DNA from: Candidatus Chisholmbacteria bacterium | GTDB lineage: Bacteria; Patescibacteriota; Microgenomatia; UBA1400; Chisholmbacteraceae | NCBI GenBank assembly: GCA_963704905.1 | Contig: CAVPHZ010000001.1 | Coordinates: 515,438 to 579,437, forward strand | DNA: 64,000 nt | Direction: 5' to 3' | Shown here: piece after piece, positions 60,801-64,000 of the stretch | How positions within the stretch are numbered: the stretch's first letter is position 1 | Layout: each line of letters begins with the position of its first letter | Program-made: the position numbers and the translations under genes | Notes under the pieces: generated by a model | What the model saw: only the letters and a program-made list of their open reading frames with translations | The model's database searches: none | Told to the model about the DNA's origin: nothing

Positions 60801-62769
60801 TAACCTGCTCACCTTAAATGGTGGATTGACAATGAGTGGAACGTTGGATGCCAATGGACAAGTAGATTTGGGAGATGGTGGTGATGCGGTAGCTGTATCC
60901 GGAACAACTGTGACGATAAGCGCTAATGGTTCAACCAATGACATCACGATGAATTTAGTAGACAACAATACTGATGCCTTTGATCTCCAAGAAGGGACTA
61001 ATAATTACATTAACATCAATACTTTGGATGGATCAGAAGAGATTGAACTAGGTAACACTGTAACTAATCCAGACATTACTTTGATTGGGAGCGGAGCGTT
61101 TAACTGTACAGATTGTATTGATTTTGATGACTTGAGTGACAATATGAGCGTGGATGCAGCGACCACCATTAGTCTTGACGCGAATAACTTTGCAATTAAC
61201 ATGAATTCTACTGGGGAGTTTATTCTTCAGGATAATGGTGGAGATATCTTCCGCGCTGATGATTCCACGGGAACAATGACCTTTTCCGATGATGTCGACC
61301 TTCAATTTGCCGGAGCTGAGAATCTTACTATTTCAAATGTCAGCGTCACTAGTGGTGCGGATATTGTGGCTTTGAACATGACTGTTCCCGACTCGACGAG
61401 TGCTGACGCCATGCATATCTCAATTACTGATAATTCAGCCAGTAGCGGGAATGTGCGTGGACTAGTAGTTGAGACAGGTAACGGTGCCGCGACACTTGAC
61501 TCAGCAATCGCGATTAACCACACAGATACTGGTCAGGCAATGACGGCTGGGATTGAGATTACCGGTGATCCTTCTACTGCAATTACTATTGCCCTTGATG
61601 TCGATGATCCTGAGATTGTTACCGCACTTTCAGCTGGGGCAAATGATTTAACGGGGACAAACTGGAGCATTAATGGGTCAACTGGGAGTTTAACATTAAC
61701 CGGTGATGCAGCTGTGAACGGTGGGGATTTAACTTCTACAGCTGGGACACTGAACATCAATGCCGGTGGCAATGTCGATGTTCAAGACGCGTTGAATGCT
61801 GACAGTATAACCACTGACACAGGTGGTGTGACCATTGCTGCTGGGCAGAGTTACACTGGCGCTGGGACTGTGACGCTTTCATCCGGAGGAGCGGCTGGAC
61901 TCACGCTTGACTCAGCAAGTGGAACAATTAACCTGAGTACAAATGATGATTTAGCCGCAAGTGGCGACGTTGACCTGACGTTTGCAGGTACTGAGAACTT
62001 GGCAATGACATCTGACCTGGCCGGGACGGTTAATGTCACCAGCATTGTTACAACTCCTTCGAATACTGCGGGGACGACGCGTGGGATATTTCTTCAGCAA
62101 ACAAATTCTGCCAATACCAATGGCCTTGATAGTGCGATTGTGGTTGATAATGCTGATCTTAATTTGGCGATTGGAACAGCAATTCAGATTACTGACTCAG
62201 GTGGTGGAGGATACACCACAATTCTTGATACACCTACGACTGATATCAGTGGTACTGGTGATATTAGCGTGCCAGCTGGGACTGGACTTGATACAAATGC
62301 AATAGGCACGTTGAATTTGGGAGCTGGTTTGGCAAATGCTATTTCAGTCGGCACAAGCGGGATGACTACAACCGTCAATGGTTCCCTGACGGTTACTGAG
62401 ACGCTGACTGGGACAGGTGAGGTGGTTCTTGGAGATGGTGGAGATAATGTCACGATTGATAGTGCAGATTGGGATATTACCAGTACAGGAGTTGGAACAG
62501 GATTTGATTCTTGGACGGTTGATAGTCTGATTCTCAATGGGATTACCATTGGTTTAACTACCGATACTGATCTGCTTTCCTTAGCAGATAACGCATTGAC
62601 AGTGAATGGTGACATGACGCTCACTGGAGGGGATATCACCGGCGCCGGGGGTGCTGCAATCGATATTGGTGAGGCGAATGCTGGAGATATTACCTTAACC
62701 GGTGATGTCATTGTTGGTGAGGATGCGTTTGTGGGACTTGTCAGCAACTGGAGCGCGGTTCGTTTTTGA
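51805..62769 (+). CDS. giant (3654 aa as called) membrane-anchored surface repeat protein with N-terminal phage-integrase SAM-like (core-binding) domain
   Basis: The N-terminus 'FLQQQGLSGVSIKNYTADVNKFIKWLE...STIKRYTAVLNRFYSWI' matches the integrase N-terminal SAM-like pattern. The TM helix is 'IPMPIAAISGITIVVMFGIAFVSI'. It then carries more than 3,400 aa of Gly/Thr/Asp/Asn-rich repeats. The repeat sequence continues beyond the stop at 62769 in other frames. Confidence 0.7.
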   Translation: MSSLPKDFSRFLQQQGLSGVSIKNYTADVNKFIKWLEATADGPVAAHYIRKNHIDQYLASLETEGVAESTIKRYTAVLNRFYSWIHPTQVRKETTPPLARYKPRKRGAPRKASSGRGLSQPDLAQVMEQMKAQESPFAKLASIPMPIAAISGITIVVMFGIAFVSINHLYSLFAGQRTTSTLPAEFATVPGDVFEDLQRGRVLTAQTEGGVLEFGTNVGTGSAALAVDKSDAFVGGFALDESEYITIPESLLLDTAYGRVLAAATSSGVLEINTDTEIAATLTVTGDGTYGGLVTALGGIQTQNADINAGTGELTASNVIYDVLAGTNITITGDAQSPVINADTAGIDTIIGTSGRITVSTAADPVLDISTDYAGQTSISTLGTITNGTWQGTEIDVVYGGTGLTSVASGQLLYGTGTDTLGTRTLAAGTNLTLTDSGTALTYATSLTPTFNYITSTATSSGIATTQYGGDYITTTATSSGFSFNVGDGGAFRFSDGTNTLFQILDGNEFGVASLSGKQNVGDPACQPGQIYFNEAGSVFKACTAENTWTTIADENGPVTFHPASADSWGDANPGIWLDEIGAGSPDLFRLQVGGSSRFVVPNDGGFQSAVGGAGTAYLNLSSTGDFEIQDAGTPFVSFLDNGTVTFDGASTFNTDVNLVMDGAENVTLTNAAATADQLALTVGGVTTDAVDGIVVDFTQADDADGTDTNAALFVDVTSSSGDADTLYGVRIDAITGGAATETALDIGAGWDTAINIGGGSIVTAGGYTQSGASQNTFTGNVDATNGLDVTNADLTVGGANFAVDDATGDITSLGDATIGGRITFENSEYISNETDDLIIFSGSGGSDDTDLVFNLDGVAPVIYSQSDSAIRIDDDLHFVGDQNITTTSGNLSIVPNGILTIDTSSVLNVGTGTATAINFGNASLDSFTVITNGSGDSEVVLPAQSISSTEVLNESLDTNDFAATLTFSDGDFIDLGSIQPTGGINEGFRLPQVTGAIPSPASGEGYLAYRDDANTVEYFDGSSWITIAAQTPLWADDGTITHLISNTDDLSVGGITLASPFSVDVDTNTARIGDGVTTNANLSMYSSTADTGTLTYNTSDTFQFSGGDVLIDQALEVTAITTLSDDLIVGGTTLASPFSVDESANTVRIGDAATGNATLALYASTGQTGSLLFNTSDQFQFTGGDVRMDQDLTVLDDTTLGNAATDSITLTGSIATNVNFLDSGVGTDRSIAGSDATGGNSAGGDLTVRAGNATGVGQGGDLTLAPGLAGGGGTGGDVVFQTGDTVLATRFTIGNDGTLTQSGTGQVTFSGNVDATSGLDVSGGNLTLTAANDIVLSSGALDTTGGVLNIADTNASSIAMGHASLGSLTVVTDGTGDSEVVLPDQSISSTEILDDTVATSDLAASLVFADGDFIDLASIINSAGVNEGFRLPQSSSALGNPSSGEGYIAYRSDSNNIQFYDGTQWVTLASFTPLWTDDGTISYLIDTADDLAVGGTTLNSPFSVDVSANTVRVGSGATVDAVLQLYAQDNDTGNLTYNVNDQFQFSGGDVLIDQDFRVTQTTTLDDDLYVGATGLAAPFSVDESLNTVRVGDGSGTNATITMYASDNDVGSFLYNTNDSFEFQGGNVQVDQNLTVQEDTTFGDATTDTITVTGSFNSNLNFLDADNQNYTFAGADAVTGSGNAGDLTIRAGSGGATTGNGGDLVLAGGTVTSGTAGYIAFQTDNTERLRIENDGDLFFERGSEDLTVQISAPSGASRVATIPALTADDTFVFEVQTQTLSNKSLASPSITGSPTAAGASWTDLGSVSTIDINGGTIDGTSIGVTTPASGTFTTLSSSGVTTIGNGTSTVAIDSSDWDITAAGVGTGFDSWTVDNLIIDGSNIGRTSDPDLLNFANAILTVNGDVRLANNSNIEVGGLTGVAYNAISDGGGSASFASTDNDLYIEDILEVDGTVYIGGKPLSASALWENESNVFHPIDEYAGVVDLTIGGEATSSADIYFSSAGAAVFNEQSNSVNFRVEGNNDPDLIFADGSSDTVTIGAQLELGKLGVRGDQDEIQFRVRGNSTQNANLMVIEQNSGADALSVSNAGLTSTADLTLGLNDTTATISTSDVDEDLTIDPNGTGDIYFNGSTYVLTDSGDFTIGGRQTFENGEYIQNETDDIFAFVGASGVDDTDLYLNLDGSYPILYSNTDTTIGIDDDLQFIGATNISNTSGNLSISAATDLSIDSTSDVNIGPTYAAFITIGSSTLNSVTIDTDGTGDGELILPDSSVSSLEIVNDSLTPTDFAATLTFTDGDFLDLASIVPSSSINEGLRLPQSSGALGEPGSGEGYLAYRTDTNTIQYYDGADWQSVASSTPIWTDDGTITYLISATDDMAVGGTSLAAPFSVDVSANAVRIGDGTVAGNGRLTMYASDTDQGTIIFNTNDQFEFNGADVLVDQDFRVNGNTTLDDDVYIGATTLAAPFSVDVSTNTVRLGDGTASGDATLLMFSSGGDVGTLAYTTSDEFNFQGGNIRTAGIIVEGNTTLGDQVTDTVTVTGSLNSNVNFLDQNNTSYTVAGADAGTATGNAGNLTIRAGSGGSTSGSGGDLILSAGTVTSGTPGDLNLRTNNVDRLVIQGDGTFRFEEGVNDFILDVNAPTGADRTGTIPTLSSNDTFVFESLSQTLTSKTLISPTISGSPTAVGAAWADLGSVATIDINGGTIDGTAIGGSTPSSGAFTTLSSTGVTTIGNGSSTVAIDSNDWDITSIGVGTGFNSWTVDNVIIDGNDIGLVSDTDLLSFTDSNLTVNGDVTITGGDITGAAGAALDLGEQNSGDVTVTGDLILADDAFIGIGGSAARIVFDSTPTPDQIDILSASLDMNNNIITNIGNAATDFDTNGGLTLAADLAVNGGDLTTTDSTFNLVNNTPTTVNFAGNAGAISIGAVTGTTTVNHNLTVAGVFTANGQANIGDGGDTVAINSSDWDITSTGVGTGFDSWTVDNLIINGNNIGTLTDQDLIVFADNLLTLNGGLTMSGTLDANGQVDLGDGGDAVAVSGTTVTISANGSTNDITMNLVDNNTDAFDLQEGTNNYININTLDGSEEIELGNTVTNPDITLIGSGAFNCTDCIDFDDLSDNMSVDAATTISLDANNFAINMNSTGEFILQDNGGDIFRADDSTGTMTFSDDVDLQFAGAENLTISNVSVTSGADIVALNMTVPDSTSADAMHISITDNSASSGNVRGLVVETGNGAATLDSAIAINHTDTGQAMTAGIEITGDPSTAITIALDVDDPEIVTALSAGANDLTGTNWSINGSTGSLTLTGDAAVNGGDLTSTAGTLNINAGGNVDVQDALNADSITTDTGGVTIAAGQSYTGAGTVTLSSGGAAGLTLDSASGTINLSTNDDLAASGDVDLTFAGTENLAMTSDLAGTVNVTSIVTTPSNTAGTTRGIFLQQTNSANTNGLDSAIVVDNADLNLAIGTAIQITDSGGGGYTTILDTPTTDISGTGDISVPAGTGLDTNAIGTLNLGAGLANAISVGTSGMTTTVNGSLTVTETLTGTGEVVLGDGGDNVTIDSADWDITSTGVGTGFDSWTVDSLILNGITIGLTTDTDLLSLADNALTVNGDMTLTGGDITGAGGAAIDIGEANAGDITLTGDVIVGEDAFVGLVSNWSAVRF

Positions 62770-64000
62770 TGGAACCCCTGCTCCAGATGAAATTGATGTT
62801 CTTTCTGCGACGCTCGATTTGAACAACAACCTGATCACCAATATTGGCAGCGCGGGAACTGACTTTACCTCAGGTGGTGGGTTGACCTTGGCAGGTAACG
62901 CCAATTTGACTTTGTCGAGTGGAACCGGATCGCTTGTCATGACAAATGCCGTGACTAATGTTTCTGAGCAGGTGATTGATATTGCCCCTGGGTTTACCGG
63001 GGGAGGTTCAGACGGGCTTAACTATAATGTTATCGATATCGCGGCGTTTGCGCCGAGTAATGCGAGCGGAACAGATTATGTTGATGGCATTTCGATTGGG
63101 AATCTCACCGATCCGGGAGGGACTATCGAAAGTACGGCGATTGATATTGGGACTGGATGGGATTATGCCCTGCGAGTAGCGGGCACGACGGTGGTTGATG
63201 GTTCTGGCAATATTCCTTCCGGGTTACTGACCGGAACACTTTTTGACTTGGATGCAGATAGCGGGACTCTTCAAAACGTTGAGCAGGGTGATGAAGTTGA
63301 CCATCGCTGGAGGGACAAATATCTCAACCGTGGTAGGCGCGACGGATACGGTTACCGTGAACCTCGACCCCTCGATTACCTTGACCGGGGATGCGGCAGT
63401 CAATGGTGGAGATATCACTACAAATGCTGACGTTTTTAATCTCATCGACACCGATGCGGAGACGGTCAACTTTGCCGGAGCGGCAACCACCCTGAATATT
63501 GGTGCTTCGTCGGGCACGACGGCGATTGCCAATGCACTTGATATCGCCGGGGCTTTAACCGCGAACGGGAATATTGATTTGGGGAACGCGGCTACAGATT
63601 CAATTACATTTAATGGCAGCATTGACAGTAACGTGAACTTTTTGGATGCGGCGGTCGGGGTTGACTATACGCTGGCCGGTTCGGATGCGACGGGGGTCAA
63701 CAGCGCGGGTGGGGATCTTACCGTTCGGGGTGGTAGTGCCACGGGGAATGCTTTGGCAGGAAACTTGACTTTAGCGGGTGGAATCGCCGGGGTAGGCGGG
63801 ACGGGCAATAGCATCATCTTCCAGACCGGGGACCAGGCTTTGTCCACTCGTTTAACAATAGAGAACGACGGGGACATTACCCAGGCGGGAAGCGGGCAGG
63901 TGACGTTTACGGGGAACGTTGATACCACCAGCGGGCTGGATGTTTCCGGTGGGAACCTGACGATTGCTGCGGCAAACGATATCCTATTATCAACTGGTGC
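62702..64000 (+). CDS. continuation of giant repeat protein in shifted frames (62702..63430 frame, then a further frame from about 63293 to window end)
   Basis: 'FVFDGTPAPDEIDVLSATLDLNNNLITNIGSAGTDF' parallels 'IVFDSTPTPDQIDILSASLDMNNNIITNIGNAATDF' at 60310. An open frame 'KLTIAGGTNISTVVGATDTVTVNLDPSITLTGDAAVNGG...' runs to 64000. Confidence 0.5.

Noticed and set aside
52419-62940. Numerous antisense ORFs within the second giant gene, for example 57135..57542, 59787..60287 and 62184..62747
   Set aside because: Same reason. They mirror the sense-strand repeats and have no independent signals.

Overview
This is a gene-dense stretch of bacterial chromosome at roughly 40-45% GC, with protein-coding genes on both strands. 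No rRNA, tRNA, CRISPR array or definite mobile element was recognised. The gene content is consistent with a small-genome, possibly CPR/Patescibacteria-like bacterium, but that is an inference, not a demonstrated result.

Gene order by position:
- 1-12.9 kb: a P-type ATPase C-terminal fragment, a Ca2+/cation antiporter, two convergent glycosyltransferases (GT2 and GT4), an EndoQ-like PHP-domain nuclease, a phosphoribosyltransferase, a CofE-like ligase, peptidyl-tRNA hydrolase, an MFS transporter, a CvpA-CAP fusion, an MGMT-domain protein, Lgt, and a DUF192 protein.
- 13-15.6 kb: three tandem membrane-anchored secreted proteins on the minus strand. One carries a pilin-like C-terminal domain.
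- 15.6-22.8 kb: a thiol/redox cluster. It holds CcdA, a 216-aa TrxR-like flavoprotein that lacks the NADPH-binding domain and the CxxC motif, a YerC/TrpR-like regulator, a cytochrome-b5-like His-rich membrane protein, CsoR, TrxA, TrxB, glutamate dehydrogenase and a DsbA-like protein.
- 22.8-25.4 kb: a stand-alone receiver domain and a multi-TM sensor histidine kinase on the minus strand.
- 25.4-26.7 kb: a 1.3-kb AT-rich gap with no ORFs.
- 26.7-27.7 kb: a Fic-family gene whose Fic motif is degenerate.
- 27.9-36.3 kb: a giant surface-protein gene of about 2,800 codons. It has tandem excisionase-type HTH domains at the N-terminus, one TM helix and long Gly/Thr/Asn/Asp-rich repeats. It is broken into four reading-frame segments by three 1-nt insertions. 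It also contains about 2.2 copies of a near-identical 1.2-kb tandem repeat.
- 36.3-39.7 kb: two tandem paralogous secreted-protein genes. The second is frameshifted twice.
- 39.8-43.8 kb: three smaller genes. One is an HTH-TM-LytR_C protein.
- 44.7-51.0 kb: an F-type ATP synthase cluster in the order b, delta, alpha, gamma, beta, epsilon. It is preceded by an unusual 286-aa protein whose C-terminus looks like a c-subunit hairpin but lacks the conserved ion-binding carboxylate. No a-subunit gene is present in the cluster.
- 51.8 kb to the window end: a second giant gene of more than 4,000 codons. Its N-terminus is an integrase SAM-like domain followed by a TM helix and repeats. It has two frame disruptions near its 3' part.

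The most interesting system is the pair of paralogous giant membrane-anchored repeat proteins. Each carries a phage-type cytoplasmic DNA-binding-like N-terminal domain. Their frameshifts all fall in near-identical repeat copies.
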